The notes under the pieces: model-generated | Told to the model about the DNA's origin: nothing | The model's input: the letters and a program-made list of their open reading frames with translations, nothing else | Databases searched by the model: none | From: an uncultured Candidatus Saccharibacteria bacterium | Lineage (GTDB): Bacteria > Patescibacteriota > Minisyncoccia > Phycocordibacterales > CAIZLB01 | DNA length: 53,765 nt | Assembly (NCBI GenBank): GCA_964367655.1 | Contig: CAYIYJ010000001.1 | Location: forward strand, 1 to 53,765 | Direction of reading: 5' to 3' | In this document: positions 31,061-40,250 of the stretch, in pieces | Numbering within the stretch: position 1 is the stretch's first letter | How the letters are laid out: each line of letters starts with the position of its first letter | Program-made: the position numbers and the translations under genes

Positions 31061-31663
31061 CTACACAATAACCCTCCTTCTCCATCTTCGAACAACAGCA
31101 AGTACAAACATTGCAATCACAGCCCCAACCGTCGCTAGCCACATATCCTTTTGCGCATCCCATATATCACCTTGAGCACCCAAAAAAGCAATTCCAGCTG
31201 CAGGATTTACAGTTGCTGCAGCATACCACTCCATAATCTCATACAAAGCTGAAGCTGCCAAAGTCATCTCTACAGGGATATAGTACGTCCACAATCCTCT
31301 AGTTTGTGAGACATGTCTAAACACTTCCCAAGTTGGATACGCCAATAATAAACCGTACGAAAAATGAACCATTCGGTCGTACATGTTTCTACTTTCGCCT
31401 AACAGTTCTTGTAGTGTGTAACCGAACGGTACTTCCGCGTATGTATAGTGAGATCCTATAACATGCAATATTAAAAATAAGGTGATAAGACCGTATGATG
31501 CGTTTGAAAATCTAAACCATCGCAAAGAAATAAATAGACCGATGATGGCAACAAACACAAGACAGTTTTCCAAAAACCAATCATCTCTATATATAGGCTC
31601 TATTGCGGCCCAAACCCACACCAAAACAAAGGATACGGTAAGAAATACGTTATATGGCTTCAT
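31061..31663 (-). CDS. DUF2238/YjdF-like inner membrane protein
   Basis: Polytopic, with ALYEIMEWYAA and GDIWDAQKDMWLATVGA motifs. I prefer the start at MKPYNV (31663). Confidence 0.65.
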   Translation of the reverse strand: MKPYNVFLTVSFVLVWVWAAIEPIYRDDWFLENCLVFVAIIGLFISLRWFRFSNASYGLITLFLILHVIGSHYTYAEVPFGYTLQELLGESRNMYDRMVHFSYGLLLAYPTWEVFRHVSQTRGLWTYYIPVEMTLAASALYEIMEWYAAATVNPAAGIAFLGAQGDIWDAQKDMWLATVGAVIAMFVLAVVRRWRRRVIV

Positions 31664-31720
31664 TGCTTGGAGTATAGCACAGAGATAGGCAGACCTCACC
31701 AAATCTGCTATGCTCCTTAC

Positions 31721-32296
31721 ATGGATATCAAGTCTGTCACATTTGTAAAATCGGTCACCAATGACCACAACCTTATCATAGATGATCTACCCCAGATCGC
31801 TTTTATAGGTAGGTCAAACGTCGGCAAATCCTCAGTTATAAACTCATTTGTTGGTAGAAAAGAACTAGTACGTTCCAGCAAGACTCCAGGCTTCACCAAA
31901 GAAGCAAACTTTTTTCTTATCAATGAAGACACCTATCTCGTAGATCTTCCAGGCTACGGATACGCAAAAGGATCTAAAACAGATCAAGAAAAGATCATTG
32001 CACTTATACAGTGGTATGTTTTCCACCCCACCCTACAACAAAAAAAGATAGTACTTGTCTTAGATGCAAAAGTTGGACCATCATATGATGACTTAGGAAC
32101 GCTTAAAGAGTTAGAACGCGCAAAAAAAGACATTGTGATCGTGGTTAACAAGATAGACAAACTCAAACAAAGTGAATTACACAAATCACTTCAATCAATA
32201 GAAAAGCTAGTAGGTGCACACACTATTGTCCCCTATTCTGCAGAAAAAAAGATCGGAGTTGAGAAGTTACGAGAGGTCTTGCTTGGTGGTGTATAA
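31721..32296 (+). CDS. engB: ribosome-biogenesis GTPase EngB/YsxC
   Basis: G1 GRSNVGKSS, G3 DLPGYG and G4 NKIDK. I prefer the start at MDIKSV (31721), 6 nt after TGcTATGCT. Confidence 0.88.
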   Translation: MDIKSVTFVKSVTNDHNLIIDDLPQIAFIGRSNVGKSSVINSFVGRKELVRSSKTPGFTKEANFFLINEDTYLVDLPGYGYAKGSKTDQEKIIALIQWYVFHPTLQQKKIVLVLDAKVGPSYDDLGTLKELERAKKDIVIVVNKIDKLKQSELHKSLQSIEKLVGAHTIVPYSAEKKIGVEKLREVLLGGV

Positions 32297-32359
32297 TAGA
32301 GGTAAGACGTCTTCTGGACGCCGATTACTCACACTACAAAATACAATAACAACAAACAT

Positions 32360-32758
32360 ATGAATATAAACTACAAAATTACAACATGGGTACTATTAGG
32401 TATAATCCTTGCAACACTTTGTTGGAGCTGGGGTTCAATGCATGGACGTGGACATATGAGATATGATCACGGTATGCACATGAAGGGTAAGATGATGCAT
32501 CAGATGAATCCAGATCAATCTATGGGATCCATGATGATGGATATGACAGCACGGATGAAAGGAAAAACAGGAGATGATCTTGATAAAATATTCCTTGAAG
32601 ACATGGTTGTTCATCATCAAGGAGCAGTTGATATGGCAGTTGAATTACAGAAAGGAACAAAACGGCCTGAACTGCAGAAGATGGCAAAAGACATCATCGA
32701 TGCACAAACAAAAGAGATTGAGATGATGAAGGGTTGGAAGAGTGTTTGGTTTAAGTAA
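32360..32758 (+). CDS. DUF305-family protein with a Met/His-rich segment
   Basis: Signal/TM N-terminus, the stretch HGRGHMRYDHGMHMKGKMMHQMNPDQSMGSMMMDM, then the DUF305 motif HHQGAVDMA. Confidence 0.75.
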   Translation: MNINYKITTWVLLGIILATLCWSWGSMHGRGHMRYDHGMHMKGKMMHQMNPDQSMGSMMMDMTARMKGKTGDDLDKIFLEDMVVHHQGAVDMAVELQKGTKRPELQKMAKDIIDAQTKEIEMMKGWKSVWFK

Positions 32759-32786
32759 TCCCCACGTCTCTATATCTAAAAATAAG

Positions 32787-32816
32787 AGCCCGATTCTCAC
32801 TTCTGAGAATCGGGCT
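32787..32816 (+). terminator. intrinsic terminator-like hairpin
   Basis: 13-bp stem AGCCCGATTCTCA-cttc-TGAGAATCGGGCT. Confidence 0.7.
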
Positions 32817-33053
32817 TAAATTTGTCTTCCTGGAGCATACCACATCTCAACAACACGTTGTGACAGGTGGGCATTCCCCCATTCGACAAATACGTTCTTG
32901 TATTTTCCTGGCACGATCCAGTAAATACGACCTTTCCCTTTCGGGCACTGCGAGGTCTGCCAGAGCATCATCCAGCAAGACTCGTATGTTTTGAAAGACG
33001 TGGTCAATGTGAGATCTGCCAAAATAATATCATATTATATACACATGTCAACA

Positions 33054-35828
33054 CTATCTCACCCCAAATCTAACTTGAATAAATTTTCTTGTGGCAAGGT
33101 TGAAGGATCCGGTAGCAGGTTTAATCTTATAATACTTCTGGAATCTAATCAGCGCGGATCTTGTCGCAAAACCAAAGAGTCGAGTTTCTTTTCCTTTTGA
33201 ACCAACACCTGTTCGAGCAATGAGGAAGCCTTTTTTGTTGAGAAACTTCTGAAGAGCAAGAACATCGTCACCTTTCATACCAATAGAGAGATTCCTAGCA
33301 AAAACAGGTTTTGGAGCTACAGTCGTTATCGGAAGTGGAGAGGTAGTACTTCCATACACAATAGCCGGTGAACTATCTCTACCACCATCAGATGATGTCT
33401 GCTGCTGTGGTACAGATACAGGTACAGGCGTAGGCACTGGTGCCAATACGTTTGTGTTACCACCACCCCCCGCACCAGAATCAGCAACACGAGTAGGCTC
33501 AGCAGATATAGATCCAGATCCAGCAAGACCATTTCCTCCGAATTGATATGCACCAATATCAAACCCTCCCTCACCCGCACCTAGAGCACGAGACCCTGTC
33601 TGAAGTATTAACCCGTCATCTGCAGTAAATGGTATACCGTCATTTCCAAGAGGGTTTGAGTAGTTTGTGAATTTTGGATCTCCACCGTTAATCAAAGAAG
33701 GTTCGTTGACAGCATCGGACCAGTTTGTTTTTACCTTATATGCTGGAGGAGTACCTGTAATAAAATTATGATCCGCAACAAAACCAACAAGTACAGGTTC
33801 TGATGAGTACAAAGAATTACGAAGATCTACGCCACCATCAACAAACAAGTTATTTCTGACCACTCCACGATCAGCAGAACTCTTTTTTCCACCAGTCACC
33901 ACAGCACGATAAATCAAAACTATACTAGTTGGTTTTACATTGAAAAATGTATTATTCACAAACTTAAATCCAGGAGCAAAGATGTTGGCTTGTCCTCCAA
34001 CGTTAACAAATACATTACCTCTAAATGTCCAGTCTCTGATATCAGAAACACCGTCCTGAGTGAAATTACCTATTTGAGCATCACTATTGTAAATAAAATT
34101 GTTCTCAAACAAGATATCATGTGCAACAAAGTCATTGTTACCAAATGTTTGTATTATGTCAGTATGGTTCCCATTGGATGCAACAGATGAGATATTTACA
34201 AAATAATTCTTTCGAATAACATGATCCTTTCCATTCAGTCTCATCGCATCGGTTCCATTTGCTTGTTCAAGCTTATTATTTTCTATAACATGACCTCTAC
34301 CATTAATCCCTACCAATGCTCCGTAGCGAATATTCTTAATATAATTATTTTTTACTAAAAAGTTGTCAGATGTGTACAAAACACCGTACTGATACGCAAA
34401 ACCAATTCCACCTCCATTGATCGGCAGGTCGTGTACATAATTATTCAAAATCTTTCCATAACTAGCTTGAGCCATCACGTCGATACCATTTTGGTATCCA
34501 CCACCTTTACCTATTATTTCAAACCCTTCTACGGTTACATAGTCATGAGCAATAATAACATTACGGACTATAGAAGTAGGAAGTCTTGTTGGTGTTATAT
34601 CTATACCTTGACCACCTGCAACAATAGCTGCATTTTCAGCTTTTATGATTATAGGCAGCGAAGGGGTGCCATGTGTTTTTGTGGTAATCACCTCATCATA
34701 ATCACCACTATGAGCCAAACATGTACTACCCGCTGTAGCAGCATCTACACAAGATTGAATCGTTGAAAACGTCCTAACTAATACACCTGACGAATTCTTT
34801 AAATCAACTCTGTTTCCCGTTAACGTATTTATGCTCACAACATTTCCGCTAGCTGAAAAATTTCCAGCAGCATCATAAGCAGAAACTTTGTAAGAATACA
34901 AAACATTAGGAGATAGACCCACATCACTAAACGAGGGGCTACCAACAACATCAGCAATTAATACATCATTTCTGAATAATTTATACCCAACAACTCCCAC
35001 ATTATCAGTAGAAGCTGTCCAATTTAAACTAATTTCTGTACCAGACAAAGCTGCTGCACTTAGATTAGATGGCATGGAAGGAGCAATTGAATCTGTTTGA
35101 GAATTTGTCACTATTACATTTCCAGCAGTATATATCTCTGCGATTTCACCAGCACTCAAGTCTCTATCATATATACGAACATCATCAACCTTGCCAGAGA
35201 ATGGATATGACGGAACATTATTATTGTTAAGAGCTCCAATATATGTAGCTCGCAAAGATGAATCGAAAGCACCTGCATTGTTTGCCGTAGCAACAGATAC
35301 ACCGTTTACATACAAAGAAGCTGTGGTGCCTGATTGTACAAGCGTTACAAGCGCCCACTGCCCTGCAGTAGCATCAACAGTTGAGCTCAAGGCTGCACTT
35401 GTACTAGTCCAATATCTCGCACCCCATTTTCCATTTTCAACTAGAAATCCAAATCCAGCCGTAGCACCAAATGTTCGAGGAACAGCAAATATAAATCCTG
35501 TAGCCGAACCTGACGGATTGACCCAAGCAGAGATAGTTTTTGTAGTATCTGATCCCAAAGACGCAAAGGTACCAGTATTCACATAATCATCTACACCATC
35601 AAAACGAAGTGAACCGTTTCCTATTTTACCCTCAACCCATGTAGTTCCATTTGCTAAGCTTGCACTGTTTGATCCTGCAGAATTAACAGCAGTCGTACCA
35701 GAACCAGCATCATCAAATGTCCAGTACCCTATCAAACCATCAGCAGTTATAGCGATGACACTTTTTGAACCACTTAGTGTGGACAAAATGAGAAATAATA
35801 AGGCAAAAGATATTTTTAATATACGCAT
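33054..35828 (-). CDS. giant secreted surface protein: LamG-like, FN3-like, parallel beta-helix repeats and a C-terminal peptidoglycan-binding domain
   Basis: 924 aa with a signal peptide. LamG-type segment (GLIGYWTFDD ... SLRFDGVDDYV ... DDVRIYDRDLS), FN3-like segment (APSMPSNLSAA ... YSYKVSAYDAAGN), repeated NN-rich beta-helix turns, and a PG_binding_1-like tail (GDDVLALQKFLNKKGF). Confidence 0.75.
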   Translation of the reverse strand: MRILKISFALLFLILSTLSGSKSVIAITADGLIGYWTFDDAGSGTTAVNSAGSNSASLANGTTWVEGKIGNGSLRFDGVDDYVNTGTFASLGSDTTKTISAWVNPSGSATGFIFAVPRTFGATAGFGFLVENGKWGARYWTSTSAALSSTVDATAGQWALVTLVQSGTTASLYVNGVSVATANNAGAFDSSLRATYIGALNNNNVPSYPFSGKVDDVRIYDRDLSAGEIAEIYTAGNVIVTNSQTDSIAPSMPSNLSAAALSGTEISLNWTASTDNVGVVGYKLFRNDVLIADVVGSPSFSDVGLSPNVLYSYKVSAYDAAGNFSASGNVVSINTLTGNRVDLKNSSGVLVRTFSTIQSCVDAATAGSTCLAHSGDYDEVITTKTHGTPSLPIIIKAENAAIVAGGQGIDITPTRLPTSIVRNVIIAHDYVTVEGFEIIGKGGGYQNGIDVMAQASYGKILNNYVHDLPINGGGIGFAYQYGVLYTSDNFLVKNNYIKNIRYGALVGINGRGHVIENNKLEQANGTDAMRLNGKDHVIRKNYFVNISSVASNGNHTDIIQTFGNNDFVAHDILFENNFIYNSDAQIGNFTQDGVSDIRDWTFRGNVFVNVGGQANIFAPGFKFVNNTFFNVKPTSIVLIYRAVVTGGKKSSADRGVVRNNLFVDGGVDLRNSLYSSEPVLVGFVADHNFITGTPPAYKVKTNWSDAVNEPSLINGGDPKFTNYSNPLGNDGIPFTADDGLILQTGSRALGAGEGGFDIGAYQFGGNGLAGSGSISAEPTRVADSGAGGGGNTNVLAPVPTPVPVSVPQQQTSSDGGRDSSPAIVYGSTTSPLPITTVAPKPVFARNLSIGMKGDDVLALQKFLNKKGFLIARTGVGSKGKETRLFGFATRSALIRFQKYYKIKPATGSFNLATRKFIQVRFGVR

Positions 35829-35874
35829 ATTTTATAAGTATAAATTCTATTTTGATATGTTTTCATACCATGAA

Positions 35875-36447
35875 TTATAGCATTTTTTCAGAACTATCTA
35901 TTGCAGAATTTACAAAATCAATCCAAACTTTCTCGGTATCTATAGGTGCATAGAATATATATTCAGCTACCCCCTTATAATCAACATGTAACCTCCCTCC
36001 TCCACACAGTCCCGTCCCCTCATCACAAGAATATAAAGAATAGTATCCGGTTATACCGTCATGCAATGATACAGGGATCATACGGTCATCAAACTCTATC
36101 TTTCCGTTAGAATTTCCAACCTCAATAGCAGCCAACTCACAATGTGTTCCACCAGTCTCATCACATCCCTCTTCGTCACTAAATGTTATTTTGTAACCAC
36201 CACTATTAAAAGAAAGTGTCCCGTAGACAGGATATTCCTTTTCATTTGGAAATGAAAGCATTGGTACTTTCAAAGGGACTATCTTCGGAATCTTCGAATT
36301 TGGAAACGTATCTTCTATCTTATTCAACAACTCACTGCGATTGTTAACCGTTGCCATAAAGGTTGAAGAGGTGCTCTGTGCGGGTTTGTGTTGGGAAACG
36401 GCATAAAATACCAGGAGTAGTGTGATTAGTGAGAGGGTGATTTTCAT
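35875..36447 (-). CDS. secreted orphan protein
   Basis: I prefer the start MKITLSLITLLLVFYA (36447), 8 nt after TGaTACAAT. It has a signal peptide. Confidence 0.6.
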   Translation of the reverse strand: MKITLSLITLLLVFYAVSQHKPAQSTSSTFMATVNNRSELLNKIEDTFPNSKIPKIVPLKVPMLSFPNEKEYPVYGTLSFNSGGYKITFSDEEGCDETGGTHCELAAIEVGNSNGKIEFDDRMIPVSLHDGITGYYSLYSCDEGTGLCGGGRLHVDYKGVAEYIFYAPIDTEKVWIDFVNSAIDSSEKML

Positions 36448-36505
36448 ATTATTTGATTGTATCAAATTTGTAATACTCTTTATTTCTTCTTCAATTTGGT
36501 TTTAT

Positions 36506-36525
36506 GTCCCACTCGGGTGGGTCAA
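36506..36525 (-). repeat. junction repeat, degenerate copy (stop-proximal block only)
   Basis: GTCCCACTCGGGTGGGTCAA resembles the TCGACCCCACTCGGGC / TTGACCCCACTCGTGCGGGTCAA blocks of the full copies. It lies directly after the stop codon at 36529. Confidence 0.45.
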
Positions 36526-36528
36526 TAT

Positions 36529-37134
36529 TTACTGCGTAACAGTAAAACCAACCCTATTACTCTGGACCTGATTTTTAGAGCCGTCTTCACTCATCGATAT
36601 ATATATCTCATATGTTCCAGGCACAACTTTAGCAGGATACGGATCACAACCGACGGACATATTCACAGGGATACTCTCTCTCACACTCGTACAGCCACTA
36701 TTGATTATGTCTGGGACAACATACATAATCTGCTTTGAACCTTCAGGTATGTCATATATATAACTTGCAGTGTCAGATGTATTTTTAAAATTAACACGAA
36801 CCTTATTGGATGCATTCATGTGTGGTACAGTTGCGGACAGATAGATAACAATATTTGCACCAGCAGGACCAGAAGTTTTACTAAGAGAGATCACTGGAAA
36901 CCCTTTATTCGTAGTTGCTGAAGATCTAATAATGGTTTTTTTCGTAGAAGTAGAGACATTTTGTGACTGAAGTTTTTGTCCTTCTAATCGTGCAGGTGTC
37001 GATGTAGCAAACCACTGATAAGTAAGGCTGTCTGAAGTTGTACCTGTATTACCATAATATAGAGAAATGCCTATAACGATAGCAATCACAATAACGGCCA
37101 CGAGACCAGTAAAACCTTTTTGATATGTTTTCAT
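36529..37134 (-). CDS. secreted/anchored orphan protein with a pilin-like leader lacking Glu5
   Basis: I prefer the start MKTYQKGFTGLVAVIVIAIVIG (37134), 6 nt after TGcTACAAT. Confidence 0.6.
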   Translation of the reverse strand: MKTYQKGFTGLVAVIVIAIVIGISLYYGNTGTTSDSLTYQWFATSTPARLEGQKLQSQNVSTSTKKTIIRSSATTNKGFPVISLSKTSGPAGANIVIYLSATVPHMNASNKVRVNFKNTSDTASYIYDIPEGSKQIMYVVPDIINSGCTSVRESIPVNMSVGCDPYPAKVVPGTYEIYISMSEDGSKNQVQSNRVGFTVTQ

Positions 37135-37142
37135 ACATAAAT

Positions 37143-37178
37143 TGTAGCACTGATAGCCTCTCTCAAACAGTTGACCCC
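37143..37178 (-). repeat. junction repeat, short promoter-proximal copy
   Basis: The + strand reads tgtagcactgatagcctctctc, matching tgtagcattgataacccctctcg at 38047-38069. Confidence 0.5.
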
Positions 37179-37179
37179 T

Positions 37180-37214
37180 AAAAAATATAAGACCAGTCAT
37201 TTGCATGACTGGTC
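37180..37214 (-). terminator. intrinsic terminator
   Basis: Perfect 10-bp stem GACCAGTCAT-ttgc-ATGACTGGTC, followed on the minus strand by TTATATTTTTT. Confidence 0.75.
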
Positions 37215-37219
37215 ATTGT

Positions 37220-37675
37220 TTAATCCCCACTACCATTCTTGGTCACGAATGGAGGTTTCATTGCAGGCGAATATGCTTTATCCAGATAGCTGGCATAGGT
37301 TTTGTAACCTTCCGGCCTTTTTTCGAAAGAGGTATTTTTGCCTACAAAATCATGTTCTCCAAGAAATGCAAGCAGCACCTGTATGCCGTCAGATTGATCA
37401 CCGTCAGGGAGATGACAGATCACAGACAAGCACTCAGCATAACCATTCGCACCGTTGTCACACAGAGTATACAACTCTACTCGTTCATCGTAACCTGCAT
37501 GAAATAAGTTCCACTCAGCAGTCTCTTCGTGCAAATCACCATCTCCACCTCCGGAGACATGAAATTCAGTCGAAGTAAGTCTGAAGAATTCTTTCATCAG
37601 CTTGCGGACCTTGTCTGCAAATCCTTTTTTTTCCTCACCAACACGTAAATAATATCGAGTTTCTTTCTGACTCAT
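37220..37675 (-). CDS. orphan cytoplasmic protein
   Basis: I prefer the start MSQKETRYYL (37675), which is preceded by AAGGAG at 6 nt. It is one of the few Shine-Dalgarno-led genes in the island. Confidence 0.6.
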   Translation of the reverse strand: MSQKETRYYLRVGEEKKGFADKVRKLMKEFFRLTSTEFHVSGGGDGDLHEETAEWNLFHAGYDERVELYTLCDNGANGYAECLSVICHLPDGDQSDGIQVLLAFLGEHDFVGKNTSFEKRPEGYKTYASYLDKAYSPAMKPPFVTKNGSGD

Positions 37676-37822
37676 AAGATTCTCCTTGTCTTTTGGGTAT
37701 TTAATGTTCAATACACATATCACCAGTAGGTCACCCTACTTAAAAAGCAATATAGGCAAAAAGCAGTATGGCATGGTGTATATAATAAGTCAATTTAAGT
37801 TAATTGGTGTCTTTCCACCCTT

Positions 37823-38038
37823 CTATTTCCCTGAGACAGCTTTTTTAATTCCGTAAACCACAGCCCATATGATAGCAAGAGCGACACCTATAAAAATAAT
37901 AAAAGGTAAGACAAGCATAAAGCTTTCCCATGAATGCGAAGAGGTTGTTACTTCTTCTTTTTTAGAAACTATAGTTCCTAGTATTACTAAAAAAGCTATT
38001 ATACCCACCATTGTATACAAAAGACTCTTTCTTATCAT
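37823..38038 (-). CDS. small 2-TM membrane protein
   Basis: 71 aa with two hydrophobic helices. The promoter-to-ATG segment is identical to that of the gene starting at 37134. Confidence 0.55.
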   Translation of the reverse strand: MIRKSLLYTMVGIIAFLVILGTIVSKKEEVTTSSHSWESFMLVLPFIIFIGVALAIIWAVVYGIKKAVSGK

Positions 38039-38060
38039 ACATAAATTGTAGCATTGATAA

Positions 38061-38090
38061 CCCCTCTCGTGCTAGCTCTAATTGGCGGGC
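38061..38090 (-). repeat. junction repeat, short copy
   Basis: The + strand reads CCCCTCTCGTGCTAGCTCTAATTGGCGGGC, near-identical over the 23-nt CTCGTGCTAGCTCTAATTGGCGGG core to 45911-45933 and similar to 44054-44076. Confidence 0.7.
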
Positions 38091-38118
38091 ATCACTTACC
38101 TATTTAATCCTTTCACCA

Positions 38119-39300
38119 TTAAAACAATCCAACAAACTGATCTCCATATACATGCTTCAGAGAAGCATACAATTCCTTTGCTGTACAACCTATACCCTCA
38201 ATAACAACCTGTCCGTAATCAGGATGATTAACCACATGCCTAGATTCTATTAATTGAGGATGTTGTGCACCTGCATCTAAAAATAATGGATAGTAGGTAC
38301 TTAGAATATCATCTTCTTCAAGTTGAAGCCTAGCACAGTATAGTTCACCTGCATAAGGATGATGATCTTGCTGTCGACTATCTTTATTTACCGTCCAAAA
38401 GAGGGTACCGTCCGGATCAAGTGGATCAAAATCTTCACTATCTATTATCAATCTAAATTTAGTACCACTGTCAATTTTATCAAGAACTAAAGAAAGTTTC
38501 TCCATATCAGATCTTTCAACCTGTTCAGAATACGGCTGAGGAGAACCTAAAATATTTGTAGACCAGTAGTGAACATTTTTAAGACTATCGATGTTAATCT
38601 TTCCAATATCAAGCTTAGAATGTGGTAGCTGATCCATATCTCCTAATAACCACCCCTGCTGTATCTCAGTTATTTGATTCTCCCTTAGCTCCCTAATATT
38701 TCCCCCTATTCTTTCTCCTGGAATCACTCTTTTTTCAAATTGAAGCCCTCCAATATCTGCCCATGGATCTTTTTTAACTCGATGTAATTCCATAGACATA
38801 ACCCCTGACTCTAAACCTTCTTGTTGCGGAATAACATCAAATATTTCCGTATCCTCAACAGACAGCTTCTCAGCTACAAAAGTACACCACTCTGACAAAT
38901 CTACACCTACAGGAATTGAAGAAAAAAAATCATATAAATCATGATATCCTGTTTTACCCAAACCAGAACTTCTCTCTTCAATCTCATCGAATATTTTACC
39001 CAACAAAGTACCATGTAGTCTTGTGGGAACATAATCAGTAAAACACATAGTCTTGATACTTTCTGCCAAAGCATCTAACGCTCTTCCTTTCTCCCTCTCA
39101 TTTAAAAAAAGAATCTGCCGCCGATCTGTATTTTCACTAGTACTAATTTTATGAATTCTAGCTTCTCGATACCGTTGATATTCAGAGCCGACACCGAGAG
39201 AAAAGATCTGTTTATGTAAATTTATTCTTTGCGTATGGTCAGATTCTGATCTTAGACGCTTAGCAAGATCATTTCGAAACTCCTGATGCATATTTTCCAT
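38119..39300 (-). CDS. orphan protein, 393 aa
   Basis: Long ORF with TGgTATAAT 7 nt upstream of the ATG. No family recognised. Confidence 0.65.
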   Translation of the reverse strand: MENMHQEFRNDLAKRLRSESDHTQRINLHKQIFSLGVGSEYQRYREARIHKISTSENTDRRQILFLNEREKGRALDALAESIKTMCFTDYVPTRLHGTLLGKIFDEIEERSSGLGKTGYHDLYDFFSSIPVGVDLSEWCTFVAEKLSVEDTEIFDVIPQQEGLESGVMSMELHRVKKDPWADIGGLQFEKRVIPGERIGGNIRELRENQITEIQQGWLLGDMDQLPHSKLDIGKINIDSLKNVHYWSTNILGSPQPYSEQVERSDMEKLSLVLDKIDSGTKFRLIIDSEDFDPLDPDGTLFWTVNKDSRQQDHHPYAGELYCARLQLEEDDILSTYYPLFLDAGAQHPQLIESRHVVNHPDYGQVVIEGIGCTAKELYASLKHVYGDQFVGLF

Positions 39301-39396
39301 ATTTAATATTATACCACTAAAAGAGATACCTGTAGTACCTTGACTGTATCAGCAGGTACTCAATTAAGCCACTGTCTGCCTCTCCTCCTGTAAAAC

Positions 39397-40173
39397 TCAT
39401 ACTTTATTTAGCTGTTCAACCAATTGATGTAATCGATTTATTAATTCATTTTGGAAAGATGCTACCTTGTCTTCTCCTGGAGCTTGCATAATAACTTCAG
39501 GCTCCTCCTGGCTAGCTTGCCGTATAGATATAACAATATTATTCAGAAATCGATACCCTTCTGCGCCATCAAAGGCACTCATTAATTCATTTATTTTTAC
39601 ACGTAGCATGCTTATCGCAGCTTCATCAAAACCCTTTAATTGCTTGGCATTGTTAGCAAGACGATACTCGCTTAATGGCTCCCAGAAACCTCCAAACCAA
39701 TCAAAATCAAAAAACACATGCCCGTTTTCCCCTACCCTAATATTGTGAAGAGGATCCTCATCGTTTGGCAAAAGATGGTCCGTATCGTGAAAAACATTTG
39801 TCAGTATGAATATATCTGTCTTTAGCGGCATCAAAAGATCCGAGCGTATGTCCCTAACGCTTTCATTTTTTATAGATAGCACATTTGAATAAAACCATTT
39901 TTGTCCACCTGTATTTTCAACACAGACAACATCCGACACTGGAATGATGCCCTTGAGCATTCTCGTCAGAAGCATTTGATCCGCGCCACGTTCGAAGCCC
40001 TCTCCGCCATATAATTTTCGGCCAGTTGAATCCTCGACCATATCGAGAGGGATCCGACTTTCCAGTGCCCGCGGACCAGAATCACCTTTTACCGTCAGCT
40101 CTTCGACTCGAATAATTGAAGACAGACCGTCTTCTTGTTCTGTATTTTTTGATTTCGGAAATTCTTGAGACAT
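39397..40173 (-). CDS. orphan protein with a possible kinase-like catalytic signature
   Basis: 258 aa. TDHLLPN (DxxxxN) is followed 18 residues later by DFD, reminiscent of the kinase/APH catalytic and Mg loops. This is a weak motif-level call only. TGgTACAAT lies 7 nt upstream of the ATG. Confidence 0.6.
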   Translation of the reverse strand: MSQEFPKSKNTEQEDGLSSIIRVEELTVKGDSGPRALESRIPLDMVEDSTGRKLYGGEGFERGADQMLLTRMLKGIIPVSDVVCVENTGGQKWFYSNVLSIKNESVRDIRSDLLMPLKTDIFILTNVFHDTDHLLPNDEDPLHNIRVGENGHVFFDFDWFGGFWEPLSEYRLANNAKQLKGFDEAAISMLRVKINELMSAFDGAEGYRFLNNIVISIRQASQEEPEVIMQAPGEDKVASFQNELINRLHQLVEQLNKV

Positions 40174-40196
40174 ATCGAATATTGTACCAGACTTAT

Positions 40197-40250
40197 CTCT
40201 CGAGTGCCCGAATGGGATACCTCACTCGGGCAGATCAAAAAGTGACAAAC
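40197..40250 (-). repeat. junction repeat, variant copy
   Basis: It shares tcaaaaagtgacaaa with 46166-46180, cactcgggc with the other copies, and gaatgggatacc with 45191-45202. Confidence 0.55.

Noticed and set aside
32816-33022. 68-aa minus-strand ORF between the DUF305 terminator and the LamG gene
   Set aside because: It has no recognisable motif, no promoter or start context, and sits in a short gap. It could be a gene remnant, but I cannot support it.
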